From contig CAVVNQ010000003.1 in NCBI GenBank assembly GCA_963749705.1, positions 480,001-544,000 of the forward strand: DNA of 64,000 bases. Reading direction: 5' to 3'. Below, in pieces: positions 1-9,825 of this stretch. Below the pieces are notes generated by a model, which made no database searches, was not told the DNA's origin, and saw nothing but the letters and a program-made list of their open reading frames with translations. The DNA is from an uncultured Chloroflexia bacterium. GTDB lineage: Bacteria > Chloroflexota > Limnocylindria > Limnocylindrales > CSP1-4. Numbering within the stretch: the stretch's first letter is position 1; every line of letters starts with the position of its first letter. The position numbers were made by a program, and so were the translations under genes.

Positions 1-304
1 CGAGCGTTGCAGTCGCGGCATGACCCAAGCCTGCCCGCGGATCCGTGTCCGGACGATCAGCGATGGACCCACGAGCCTAACGACGGCATTCCAGGCGCTC
101 CGTCGACCGGTCGTCCCGCGCCGGGGCGTGCGCCGGCGTGGTGGCGTGCGCCGGCTTGCCGGCCGAGGGGTCGTGCAAGGAAACCGAAACGGCGGCACCG
201 GGAACTGTGGTTGGGGGTGGTCCGGTGGTCCGCGTACGTTGGCCGGGTGGTGACGTCGGGCGACGACTCGGCGGGCCCTTGAGCACGGAGGCGCCGGTGG
301 ACGA

Positions 305-1537
305 GTGGTCAGAGCGCTCGATGGGACGCCGGGAATGGTGTCCGGATGGAGGGGAGGGCTGACGCGCGCAGGACGCGCAGGCGGCGGCAACGGGTCGACG
401 ACGGCCCCGCTGAACGATGCCCGGCCGGTCTCGCGAGACGCGCCCCGCATCGAAGCGGTGGACGTCAGCGTGTACACGATCCCCACCGATGCCCCCGAGT
501 CGGACGGAACCCTCGCCTGGGATCGCACCACCATCATCGTCGTGGAGCCCCGCGCGGGCGGGGTCAGGGGCCTGGGCTACACGTACGCGGATGCGACGGC
601 CGGCCGCCTGATCCGGGACACGCTGGCACCGGTCGTGATCGGCCGTGACGCGTGGGACGTGGCGGGCACGTGGTCGGCGCTGGTGGACCGGGTCCGCAAC
701 CTCGGCCGTCCGGGCATCGCCGCCACCGCGATCTCGGCCGTCGACAACGCGCTCTGGGACCTGAAGGCGCAGCTGCTGGGGCTCTCGCTCGTCGATCTGG
801 TGGGGCGGGCGCGACCCGCGATCCCGGCCTACGGCAGCGGCGGCTTCTGCTCGTACGACGACGCGCGCCTCCGTGACCAGCTCGGGGGCTGGGCCGCCGA
901 CGGGTTCCGGTTCGTCAAGATGAAGGTCGGCCGCGACCAGGCCGACGACCCACGCCGGGTTGACGTGGCGCGGGCCGCGATCGGCGCGTCGGTCGAGCTG
1001 TTCGTCGACGGCAACGGCGCCTACCACCAGCATCGCGCGCGGGCCGCCGCCGCGGCGTTTGCCGAGCGTGGCGTGACCTGGTTCGAGGAGCCCGTCAGCT
1101 CCGACGACGTCGCCGGCCTGCGGCGCATTCGCGACGCGGCTCCGGCGGGCATGGCGATCGCCGCCGGCGAGTACGGGTGGGACGCCTTCAACCTCCGGCG
1201 CCTGCTGGACGCGGGTGCCGTGGACGTCCTCCAGGCGGATGCGACGCGCTGCCTCGGCACGACCGGATTTGGCGTCGCCGCCGCCCTGTGCGAGGCGCAT
1301 GCCACGCCGCTTTCGGCCCACTGCGCCCCCGCCCTGCACGCACACCTCGCCTGCGCCGCGCGCCCCGCCGTGCACGTCGAGTGGTTCCACGACCACGTCC
1401 GCATCGAGCGGCTGCTGTTCGACGGCGCCGTCCAGCCGCGCGACGGGCTGCTCGAGCCGGACCCGCAGCGGCCGGGTGTCGGCCTCGAGCTCAAGCGATC
1501 CGACGCACAACCGTACCTGGAGTGGACCACCGCATGA
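305..1537 (+). CDS. Mandelate racemase/muconate lactonizing enzyme family protein (enolase superfamily); true start may be further downstream
   Basis: SAVDNALWDLKA, KMKVG (KxK), DGNG, WFEEP, AGEY and SAHC motifs; stop overlaps the next ATG (ATGA at 1534-1537). Confidence 0.9.
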   Translation: MVRALDGTPGMVSGWRGGLTRAGRAGGGNGSTTAPLNDARPVSRDAPRIEAVDVSVYTIPTDAPESDGTLAWDRTTIIVVEPRAGGVRGLGYTYADATAGRLIRDTLAPVVIGRDAWDVAGTWSALVDRVRNLGRPGIAATAISAVDNALWDLKAQLLGLSLVDLVGRARPAIPAYGSGGFCSYDDARLRDQLGGWAADGFRFVKMKVGRDQADDPRRVDVARAAIGASVELFVDGNGAYHQHRARAAAAAFAERGVTWFEEPVSSDDVAGLRRIRDAAPAGMAIAAGEYGWDAFNLRRLLDAGAVDVLQADATRCLGTTGFGVAAALCEAHATPLSAHCAPALHAHLACAARPAVHVEWFHDHVRIERLLFDGAVQPRDGLLEPDPQRPGVGLELKRSDAQPYLEWTTA

Positions 1538-4500
1538 CCCTCACCCGCCAGCGCCCCATCGCTCCGACCCGGCACCCCGCCGACGGCAACCGCGAGCTGC
1601 CATCCGACGCCGAGCACCTCGCGGTCGACCTGCTGAACGCCGTGCGTGGCGAGGTGCGCTTCGACGCCGGGAGCCGGGCGCTGTACGCGACGGACGCCTC
1701 GAACTACCGGCAGGTCCCGATCGGTGTCGTCATCCCGCGCGACACGGACGACGTGATCGCGGCGGTCGAGGTGTGCCGGGCGCACGACGCCCCGATCGTG
1801 TCGCGGGGCGGCGGCACCAGCCTGGCCGGCCAGGGCTGCAACGTCGCCGTGCTGATCGACCACAGCAAGTACCACAGCCAGCTGCTCGAGCTCGACCCGG
1901 CGGGACGCTCGGCGCGTGTCCGGCCCGGGATCGTGCTCGACGACCTGCGGGATGCCGCGGAGGCGCACCACCTCACGTTCGGTCCCGACCCCGCGACCCA
2001 CGACCACTGCACCCTGGGCGGCATGATCGGCAACAACTCCTGCGGCGTGCACTCCGTCATGGCGGGCAAGACGGTGGACAACGTGCTGGAGCTCGACGTG
2101 CTCGCGTACGACGGGACGCGCCTGCGGGTGGGTCCCACCGATGATGCGGCGTTCGAGCGGATCGTCGCCGCCGGCGGCCGGCCAGCCGAGATCTACCGGG
2201 GCATGCGCGACCTGCGGGACCGTCACGCGGACCAGGTGCGGGCACGCTACCCGGACATCCCGCGGCGGGTCTCGGGATACAACCTGCCGGAGCTGCTGCC
2301 GGAAGCCGGCTTCAACGTCGCGAAGGCGCTGGTCGGCTCCGAATCGACGCTCGTCACGGTGCTCGAGGCCAAGCTCCGCCTCGTGCCCAGCCCGCCCGGC
2401 CGGACGCTCGTCGCCGTCGGGTATCCGGATGCCTACACGGCCGGCGACGACGTCCCGCGGGTGATCGAGTCGGGCTGCATCGCGTGCGAGGGGATGGACC
2501 AGAACCTCGTTCGCGACGTTCGCTCCCGGGGGATCCACCCGGATGCCCTGGGGCTCCTGCCCGAGGGCCGGGCCTACCTCCTGGTCGAGTTCGGCGGAGC
2601 AGATCGCGAGGAGTCCGACGCCCGCGGGCGCGAGTTCGTGCGGGACCTCGAGCGGCGACGGGATGACGTCCACACGAGGCTCTACGACGATCCCGCCGAC
2701 GAGCAGAAGCTGTGGCGCGTTCGCGAGTCGGGGCTCGGGGTGACGGCGATGGTCCCGGGCAAGCCGACCACCGGTCCCGGCTGGGAGGATTCGGCGGTCC
2801 CGCCCGAGCGGCTGGGCGACTACCTTCGCAAGCTCCGGGCCCTGTGGGACCGCTACGGCTACAGCGCCGACATGTACGGCCACTTCGGCCAGGGCGTGCT
2901 CCACTGTCGCCTCGACTTCGACCTCGTCACCGCGGGCGGGCTGGAGACCTTCCGGCGCTACCTGAACGAGGCGGCCGAGCTCGTGGTGGGGATGGGCGGC
3001 TCGCTGTCGGGCGAGCACGGGGACGGCCAGGCGCGCGGCGAGCTGCTGCCGATCATGTTCGGCGACGAGCTCGTGGGTGCCTTCGAGGAGCTCAAGGACC
3101 TGTGGGATCCGCGGGGACGCATGAACCCCGGCAAGATCGTCCGCCCGAACCCGATCCTGTCCGACCTGCGCCTGGGCGTGGACTACGCCCCACCTCGTCC
3201 CCGGACGTGGTTCCGGTACCCGGAGGACGGCGGGTCCTTCGGCCACGCCGCGTTCCGATGCGTCGGCGTGGGCGAGTGCCGGCGCCACGACGGCGGCGTG
3301 ATGTGCCCCAGCTACATGGTCACCCGCGAGGAGCGGCATTCGACCCGGGGCCGGTCGCGGCTCCTGTTCGAGCTGCTCAACGGAACGGAGCTCGAGGGCG
3401 GCTGGCGCAACGACGACGTCGAGGAGGCGCTCGACCTGTGCCTCGCCTGCAAGGGCTGCAAGGGGGACTGCCCGGTCAACGTGGACATGGCCACGTACAA
3501 GGCCGAGTTCCGCGCCCACCACTACGCCGGCCGGCTCCGCCCGCGCGCGGCGTATTCGATGGGCCTCATCCACTGGTGGGCGGGCCTGGCCTCGCGCGCG
3601 CCGCGCCTGGTGAACGCTGCCGCGCATGCGCCGGGTCTCGGGCGACTTGCGAAGCTCGTTGGCGGGATCGCCCCCGAGCGCGAGATCCCCCGCTTCGCGG
3701 ACGAGACGTTCCGCGCGTGGTGGCGCCGGCGCGGTGGCGCCACGACTGGGCGGCGGGGCCGCGGGTCGGGCTCGGCGACGGAGACGAGCGGGGCACCGGC
3801 CGCCGGATCGGCGCGACGCGTGATCCTGTGGGCGGACACGTTCAACGATGCGTTCCATCCCCAGGTCCTCCGCGCGGCCGTCCGCGTCCTCGAGGATGCC
3901 GGTTGCGAGGTCGTCGTGCCGGAGAGGCGCCTGTGCTGCGGGCGGCCGCTCTACGACTGGGGCTTCCTGGGCCAGGCCAAGGGCCTGCTGACCACGGTCC
4001 TCACCGAGCTCCGGGACGAGATCCGCTCGGGCGTCCCGATCGTCGGTCTCGAGCCCTCGTGCGTGTCCGTGTTTCGTGACGAGGCGCCGAACCTGCTCCA
4101 CGGCCACATCGACGCCCGGCGCCTCGCGGACCAGACGCACACGATCACGGAGCTCCTTGCGTCGCTCGACGGCTATCGGCCGCCGCGGATCGAGGGCCGC
4201 GCCCTGGTCCACGGGCACTGTCACCACCGGTCCGTGCTGGACTTCGACGCCGAGCTGGCCGTGCTGCGCGAGGCGGGCCTCGAGCTCGAGGTGCCCGACA
4301 GCGGCTGCTGCGGCATGGCCGGTGCGTTCGGCTTCGAGCGCGGCGAGCACTTCGACGTGTCGATCGCGGCCGGCGAGCGCGTGCTCCTGCCGGCCGTTCG
4401 CAAGGCGGCCCCCGCCGCCCACGTCGTGACCGGGGGCTTCAGCTGTCGCGAGCAGGTCGAGCAGACCACCGACCGCCGGGTCGTTCACCCGGTCGAGCTC

Positions 4501-4671
4501 TTGGCCACCGCGCTCGAGCGACGTGCGGGGGACGCCTCGCGCGGCGCGGGCAGCCCGGGCTCCGGCTCGCCGGACGTGGCTGCAGGCTCGCCCGACGTGG
4601 CCGCGTGGCCGCGCGGCCGCGCGGCCGCGACACCCGTCGCCTTCACCAGCAACACGGAGGTGACCGACTGA
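1534..4671 (+). CDS. FAD-binding and (Fe-S)-binding oxidoreductase (GlcD/GlcF-like fusion, 2-hydroxyacid dehydrogenase type)
   Basis: RGGGTSLAGQ, GGMIGNNSCG, SGEHGDG, CVGVGEC/CLACKGCKGDCP Fe-S motifs, CCG domains (CCGRP, CCGMAG); ATGA and TGATG couplings at both ends. Confidence 0.92.
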   Translation: MTLTRQRPIAPTRHPADGNRELPSDAEHLAVDLLNAVRGEVRFDAGSRALYATDASNYRQVPIGVVIPRDTDDVIAAVEVCRAHDAPIVSRGGGTSLAGQGCNVAVLIDHSKYHSQLLELDPAGRSARVRPGIVLDDLRDAAEAHHLTFGPDPATHDHCTLGGMIGNNSCGVHSVMAGKTVDNVLELDVLAYDGTRLRVGPTDDAAFERIVAAGGRPAEIYRGMRDLRDRHADQVRARYPDIPRRVSGYNLPELLPEAGFNVAKALVGSESTLVTVLEAKLRLVPSPPGRTLVAVGYPDAYTAGDDVPRVIESGCIACEGMDQNLVRDVRSRGIHPDALGLLPEGRAYLLVEFGGADREESDARGREFVRDLERRRDDVHTRLYDDPADEQKLWRVRESGLGVTAMVPGKPTTGPGWEDSAVPPERLGDYLRKLRALWDRYGYSADMYGHFGQGVLHCRLDFDLVTAGGLETFRRYLNEAAELVVGMGGSLSGEHGDGQARGELLPIMFGDELVGAFEELKDLWDPRGRMNPGKIVRPNPILSDLRLGVDYAPPRPRTWFRYPEDGGSFGHAAFRCVGVGECRRHDGGVMCPSYMVTREERHSTRGRSRLLFELLNGTELEGGWRNDDVEEALDLCLACKGCKGDCPVNVDMATYKAEFRAHHYAGRLRPRAAYSMGLIHWWAGLASRAPRLVNAAAHAPGLGRLAKLVGGIAPEREIPRFADETFRAWWRRRGGATTGRRGRGSGSATETSGAPAAGSARRVILWADTFNDAFHPQVLRAAVRVLEDAGCEVVVPERRLCCGRPLYDWGFLGQAKGLLTTVLTELRDEIRSGVPIVGLEPSCVSVFRDEAPNLLHGHIDARRLADQTHTITELLASLDGYRPPRIEGRALVHGHCHHRSVLDFDAELAVLREAGLELEVPDSGCCGMAGAFGFERGEHFDVSIAAGERVLLPAVRKAAPAAHVVTGGFSCREQVEQTTDRRVVHPVELLATALERRAGDASRGAGSPGSGSPDVAAGSPDVAAWPRGRAAATPVAFTSNTEVTD

Positions 4672-5225
4672 TGCGCACCCTGACCCTGTCCACCGGCCCG
4701 GACCGCTCGATCGCGGTCGTGTTCGACCCCGGCGACGAGCCGATCGAGGGCCTCACCGGTGTCGCCCGCGACGCCGGGCTCGACGCCGCGCATTTCACGG
4801 CGATCGGCGCGTTCCAGGACGCGACCGTCGGCTGGTTCGACCTCGAGGTGCGCGACTACCGGCGGATCGAGGTGGACGAGCAGGTGGAGGTCCTGGCGCT
4901 CGTCGGCGACATCACCAGGGCGGGACCCGATTCGGGCGATGAGCCCAAGGTCCACGCCCACGTCGTCCTCGGGCGCTCCGACGGCTCGCTGGTTGGTGGT
5001 CACCTGCTCGCCGGGCGAGTCCGCCCCACCCTCGAGGTGATGCTGACCGAGACGCCAGCCGAGCTTCGCCGCTCGCACGATCCGGCCACCGGGCTCGCGC
5101 TGATCGACCTCGCTCGATCCAGCGGGCCGGCGAGCCGCGGCGGTGACGCGCCCAACCCACCCGCAAGCGAGGCCGCCGAGCCCCCGACGAGGACCGCGGC
5201 GGCCGATGGAGGTTCCCATGCCTAG
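4671..5225 (+). CDS. PPC/DUF296 domain protein
   Basis: AIGAF, EVLALVGDI, HAHVVLG and GGHL motifs; ATG overlaps upstream TGA, with GGAGG upstream. Confidence 0.88.
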   Translation: MRTLTLSTGPDRSIAVVFDPGDEPIEGLTGVARDAGLDAAHFTAIGAFQDATVGWFDLEVRDYRRIEVDEQVEVLALVGDITRAGPDSGDEPKVHAHVVLGRSDGSLVGGHLLAGRVRPTLEVMLTETPAELRRSHDPATGLALIDLARSSGPASRGGDAPNPPASEAAEPPTRTAAADGGSHA

Positions 5226-6975
5226 GACTGCCGCCGACGTACTCATCGAGACGCTCCTTGACTGGAGCGTCGACACGATCTTCGGGCTCCCGGGTGATGG
5301 CATCAACGGGCTCATGGAGTCGCTGCGCACGCACCAGGAGGACATCCGGTTCGTGCAGGTCCGGCACGAGGAATCCGCGGCCCTCGCGGCATCCTCGTAT
5401 GCCAAGTTCACCGGGCGCCTGGGCGTCTGCCTTGCCACGTCCGGACCGGGTGGCATCCACCTGCTCAACGGGCTGTACGACGCGAAGCTCGATGGCGCCG
5501 CCGTGCTCGCGATCACCGGTCACCACTACAGCGACCTCATCGACACCGCCCAGCAGCAGGACGTCGACCTGTCGCGGGTGTTCGAGGACGTGACCGTCTA
5601 CAACACGCGCGTCATGAACTCGGCGCACGTGGCCGCCGTCACGCCGCTCGCGTGTCGCATGGCGCTGGCCCGACGCGGGGTGGCGCACATCTGCTTCCCG
5701 ACCGACCTGCAGAGCCTCCCCGCGGACGACGGCCCGCGCTCGAAGGACGATGTCCCGGGCCACGCCGGGGACGTGTTCGTGCTGGGCGCCTCGGTGCCGT
5801 CCGATTCGGAGCTGCGTCGCGCCGCCTCGTTGCTCAACGAGGGGTCCCGGGTGGCCATCCTCGCCGGACGCGGCGCGATCGACGCCGGCGACGTGCTGGA
5901 GCGCGTCGCGGACAGGCTCGCGGCGCCCGTCATCACGGCCCTGCTGGGCAAGGGCGTCATCCCCGACGACAGCCCGTTCGCCACCGGTCCGATCGGCCTG
6001 CTGGGCACCACGCCGTCCGAGGACGCGCTCCGCGAGTGCGACACCCTGCTGATCGTCGGCAGCTCGTTCCCGTACATCGAGTTCTACCCCGAGCCCGGGT
6101 CCGTGCAGGCCGTCCAGATCGACATCGACCCCGCGCGGATCGGGCTTCGCCATCCGGTGGATGTGGGACTCGTGGGCGACGCGCGGCGATCGCTCGAGGC
6201 GCTCCTGCCGCTGCTCCGGCAGACCACCGACGACCGCTCGTTCCTGGAGCACGCGCAGGCGGGCATGGCCGACTGGTGGGCGCTCATGGACGAGCGCGCC
6301 GCCCGCCTGGAGACGCCGCTCAAGCCGCAGCAGGTGGCGGCCGAGCTCGGCCGCCGGCTGGACGACGACGCGATCGTCGTCTCCGATTCGGGCACGATCA
6401 CGAGCTGGTTTGCCCGCCACATCCGCGCCCGGCGAGGCCAGCGCTTCTCGGTCTCGGGCAACCTCGCGACGATGGCCTGTGGCCTGCCGTACGCGATCGG
6501 GGCCCAGGTCGCCCATCCGGATCGGCAGGTGGTCGCCCTCGTCGGCGACGGCGGGTTCAGCATGCTCATGGCCGATTTCGTGACGGCCGTGAAGTACGAG
6601 CTCCCGATCAAGGTCGTCGTGTTCAAGAACGACTACCTGGGCCAGATCAAGTGGGAGCAGATCGCCTTCCTGGGCAACCCCGAGTTCGGCGTGGAGCTCC
6701 AGCCGATCGACTTCGCGATGGTGGCCCGAGCCTGCGGTGGAACGGGCGTGACGATCGACGATCCGCACGCCTGCGCCGGTCAGATCGAACAGGCGCTTGC
6801 GACACCGGGCCCCGTCGTCATCGAGGCCGTCGTGGACCCGTTGGAGATGCCGATGCCCGCGCGGATCAGCCGCAAGCAGGCGACCAACTTCGCGGAGGCG
6901 CTGTTGCGCGGCCAGCCGGACCGGGTCGAGATCGCCGCCGGCGCGCTCGGACAGAAGATCCGGGAGATGGTGTAG
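5218..6975 (+). CDS. Thiamine-pyrophosphate-dependent enzyme, pyruvate oxidase/PoxB-like
   Basis: FGLPGDGING, QVRHEE, TSGPGGIHLLNGLYDA, GDGGFSM...N TPP-binding motif; GGAGG RBS at about 5208. Confidence 0.92.
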   Translation: MPRTAADVLIETLLDWSVDTIFGLPGDGINGLMESLRTHQEDIRFVQVRHEESAALAASSYAKFTGRLGVCLATSGPGGIHLLNGLYDAKLDGAAVLAITGHHYSDLIDTAQQQDVDLSRVFEDVTVYNTRVMNSAHVAAVTPLACRMALARRGVAHICFPTDLQSLPADDGPRSKDDVPGHAGDVFVLGASVPSDSELRRAASLLNEGSRVAILAGRGAIDAGDVLERVADRLAAPVITALLGKGVIPDDSPFATGPIGLLGTTPSEDALRECDTLLIVGSSFPYIEFYPEPGSVQAVQIDIDPARIGLRHPVDVGLVGDARRSLEALLPLLRQTTDDRSFLEHAQAGMADWWALMDERAARLETPLKPQQVAAELGRRLDDDAIVVSDSGTITSWFARHIRARRGQRFSVSGNLATMACGLPYAIGAQVAHPDRQVVALVGDGGFSMLMADFVTAVKYELPIKVVVFKNDYLGQIKWEQIAFLGNPEFGVELQPIDFAMVARACGGTGVTIDDPHACAGQIEQALATPGPVVIEAVVDPLEMPMPARISRKQATNFAEALLRGQPDRVEIAAGALGQKIREMV

Positions 6976-6978
6976 CTC

Positions 6979-9276
6979 GTGGCGGGCCGGCGCAGCGGGC
7001 GGCCGAACGGGTCCCCGCGTGACACGCAGAAGGACGACGAGCGCAAGCTCAGGGCCCTGACCCAGGCGCACGCATCGAAGGTGCCCAGCATCGGGGACGC
7101 CGTGGTGACCAAGGACGGCGACCCGTTCTTCATCTGTCCCCGGAACGGCCAGATCCCGCTGAACGGGAACCACGGCTTCGGCCTCTACCACCACGACATG
7201 CGGTACCTGGCCGGGCTGACGTTGAAGGTCCTGGGGGCCGAGCTCGAGTCGCTGGGCACGACGGCCGCGGCGGGGACGACCGCGATCCTCGAGCTCACCA
7301 ACCCGGAGCTCCCCCTGCCGAACGGCCGCACGGTTGGCAAGAACGTCCTCACGGCCCGCTGGACGCGATCCCTCGACGGGGATCGGGCGCTGCTCCATGA
7401 CCGGTTCCAGATCGAGAACCACGGGTCGGACGACGCGACGCTGGAGATCCGCGTCGATATCGCCGCGGGCTTTCGCGACGTCTACGAGATCCGCGGTCTG
7501 GCAGAGCCACCCAACGGCCGGCGCCACCGGCCCACCTGGGACGAGAACCGCCTCGTCGCCGCCTACGACGGGGGCGACGGCGTCCACCGCACGCTCAGCG
7601 CGACCTTCGACCCCGCGCCGTCGTCACGTGACCGCAAGGGGGCCGTGGTGACGCTGGTCGCGCCCGGGCGCGGCGCCGCCACCCTCGAGCTCCGGTTCGA
7701 GATCGAGGAGGCGGTCAAACCCGGGGCGCCGCCCATGGAGCCGACATCGCCGGCCGCAACCCAGGGCAGGGACGCCTCGCCGACGGGTGGCGGCGCGCAC
7801 GAGCATGGGGCCAGCCGACGCCGGACCCGTACGAGCCCCTGGCCCACCTCGATGCGCAGCGACTCCCGGCTGCTCGACGGCGTCATCCACCGGTCCCTGG
7901 CCGACCTCGCCATCCTGCGCTCCGACCTCGACGGACACTGCTACTACGGCGCCGGGCTGCCCTGGTTCTCGACCCTGTTCGGTCGCGACGCGCTCATCGC
8001 CGCGTACCAGACCCTCGCCTGGGAGCCGTCCGTCGCGGCCTCCACGCTGCGCCTCCTTGCCGGCCGCCAGGGGACGGACGTCGACACCTGGCGCGATGAG
8101 CAGCCGGGCAAGATCCTGCACGAGCTCCGGGTGGGCGAGCTGGCGCGGCTGGGCCGGATCCCCCAGACACCCTACTACGGATCGGTCGACGCCACGTCGC
8201 TGTTCCTCATCCTCCTCGGCGAGCACGCGACGTGGACGGGCTCGCTCGACGTGTTCCGCGACCTGCGGGGCAACGTGGATCGGGCGCTCGACTGGCTGGA
8301 TGGCTTCGGCGATGGCGATGAGGACGGACTGATCGAGTACGCCAGCCACCGGGACGGCGGCCTCGCCAACCAGGGCTGGAAGGATTCGGGCGACGCGATC
8401 GTGGATGCCGCCGGCCACATCGCACGACCCCCAATCCGCCTGGCCGAGGTCCAGGGCTATGCCTTCGCGGCCAGGCACGCGATGGCGGACCTGTTCGAGC
8501 GCGACGGGCAGGCCGGCCGGGCGGCAGACCTCCGGGCGCGGGCCGACCAGGTCCGGTCGCGCTTCGAGCGTGCCTTCTGGTCCGAGGACCTGGGCTGCTA
8601 CGTGATGGCGCTCCAGGACCGGCATGCACCCTGTGCCGTCGTGAGCTCGAACGCCGGGCAGGTCCTGTTCTCGGGGATCGCCTCAAAGGCCCGCGCGGCG
8701 AGGGTGGAGCACCGCCTGATGGCCGACGACATGTGGAGCGGGTGGGGCATCCGGACGCTGTCGACGGAGGCCGTCGCCTACAACCCGGTGGCCTATCACC
8801 TGGGCACGGTCTGGCCGCACGACAACAGCCTCATCGCGGCCGGCTTTCGCCGCTACGGCTTCGACGACTCGGCCGAGCAGATCCTGGAGGCCCTGGTCGA
8901 GGCCGCCGGGGCGTTCGACCATCGCCGGCTACCCGAATGCTTCAGCGGGATCGCGCGAAGCCTGTTCGAGATCCCGGTCAAGTATCCGATCGCGTGCCAC
9001 CCGCAGGCGTGGGCCGCAGGGAGCGTCCCGTACCTCCTGGGCGTGACGCTGGGCCTCCGGCCCGATGGCTTCGCTCGCCGCCTGCGGATCGTTCGGCCCC
9101 GCCTGCCCAGCTTCGTCAACCGCCTCGAGCTGCGCGGCCTCCCGGTCGCCGGCGCCCGCGTGGACCTCGCCTTCCGGCGCGAAGGCGACGCCACCGACTT
9201 CACCGTCGAGGGCGTGGAGGGTGATCTCGAGGTCGTGGTCGGCGAGGGGCATCCCGATCCCGGTGATGGCGGTTGA
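6979..9276 (+). CDS. Glycogen debranching enzyme / amylo-alpha-1,6-glucosidase (GDE N-terminal plus C-terminal domains)
   Basis: AGLPWFSTLFGRD, EQPGKILHELR, YYGSVDAT, NQGWKDS, YHLGTVWPHDN, LPECF and PQAWAA motifs. Confidence 0.92.
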   Translation: MAGRRSGRPNGSPRDTQKDDERKLRALTQAHASKVPSIGDAVVTKDGDPFFICPRNGQIPLNGNHGFGLYHHDMRYLAGLTLKVLGAELESLGTTAAAGTTAILELTNPELPLPNGRTVGKNVLTARWTRSLDGDRALLHDRFQIENHGSDDATLEIRVDIAAGFRDVYEIRGLAEPPNGRRHRPTWDENRLVAAYDGGDGVHRTLSATFDPAPSSRDRKGAVVTLVAPGRGAATLELRFEIEEAVKPGAPPMEPTSPAATQGRDASPTGGGAHEHGASRRRTRTSPWPTSMRSDSRLLDGVIHRSLADLAILRSDLDGHCYYGAGLPWFSTLFGRDALIAAYQTLAWEPSVAASTLRLLAGRQGTDVDTWRDEQPGKILHELRVGELARLGRIPQTPYYGSVDATSLFLILLGEHATWTGSLDVFRDLRGNVDRALDWLDGFGDGDEDGLIEYASHRDGGLANQGWKDSGDAIVDAAGHIARPPIRLAEVQGYAFAARHAMADLFERDGQAGRAADLRARADQVRSRFERAFWSEDLGCYVMALQDRHAPCAVVSSNAGQVLFSGIASKARAARVEHRLMADDMWSGWGIRTLSTEAVAYNPVAYHLGTVWPHDNSLIAAGFRRYGFDDSAEQILEALVEAAGAFDHRRLPECFSGIARSLFEIPVKYPIACHPQAWAAGSVPYLLGVTLGLRPDGFARRLRIVRPRLPSFVNRLELRGLPVAGARVDLAFRREGDATDFTVEGVEGDLEVVVGEGHPDPGDGG

Positions 9277-9722
9277 GCGGGGGTCGAGCGCGGGGTGGAG
9301 CGCTCGTCATCCTCGCGCTGCTCGGGCTGGCCATCTCGTCGCACCTCGCCGCGTTCCAGCTGGGCGTCATCGACGGCCCCTGGGAGCCGCTGTTCGGGGA
9401 CGGGAGCCGACAGGTGCTGACCTCGAGCCTGTCGCGGGCGCTGCCGGTGCCCGATGCGCTGATGGGAGCGGGCCTCTACCTCGCGGACGCGGTCCTGGGC
9501 ACGTGGCTGTTCGTGCGCCCACGCGCGCGATGGAGGCTCGCGCTTGCGCTCGCCGTGATCACCGCGGCGGGCGCCGTGGTCGGTGCCTTCCTGGTCGCGT
9601 ACCAGGTCCTGGTCGTCGGGGCGTTGTGCACGCTGTGCCTCGCCTCGGCGCTCTGCTCCTGGCTCCTCGCGGCCGGTGCCATCGCCGAGGCCCGGGAGCG
9701 ACGCCGGCGGCTCGATGCGTGA
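9273..9722 (+). CDS. Vitamin K epoxide reductase (VKOR) family membrane protein
   Basis: Four hydrophobic segments, VLTSxxS...PDA loop, C-terminal CTLC redox motif; overlaps upstream stop. Confidence 0.75.
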   Translation: MSGGRARGGALVILALLGLAISSHLAAFQLGVIDGPWEPLFGDGSRQVLTSSLSRALPVPDALMGAGLYLADAVLGTWLFVRPRARWRLALALAVITAAGAVVGAFLVAYQVLVVGALCTLCLASALCSWLLAAGAIAEARERRRRLDA

Positions 9723-9825
9723 AGCCACGCCCGGCCGGTGACGCGGTGCCGCGTCGGCCGCGTCCGGCGCCCGCTCGGATCCACCCACCCACCGATCGAC
9801 CCACACGAATGGAGGTACCAGCAAC

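Noticed and set aside
1-21. Minus-strand ATG giving MPRLQRS, reminiscent of bacterial topoisomerase IB N-termini
   Set aside because: Only 7 codons are visible, too little to support a call
125-155. 13-bp direct repeat GGCGTGCGCCGGC x2
   Set aside because: Short and GC-rich, with only two copies; could be chance and is not CRISPR-like
1021-4488. 1155-aa minus-strand ORF, and similar long antisense ORFs such as 4912-7587
   Set aside because: Shadow frames of well-supported plus-strand genes; stops are rare in high-GC DNA
4564-4605. 21-bp duplication (GSPDVAA x2) at the oxidoreductase C-terminus
   Set aside because: Low-complexity tail slippage with no functional signal
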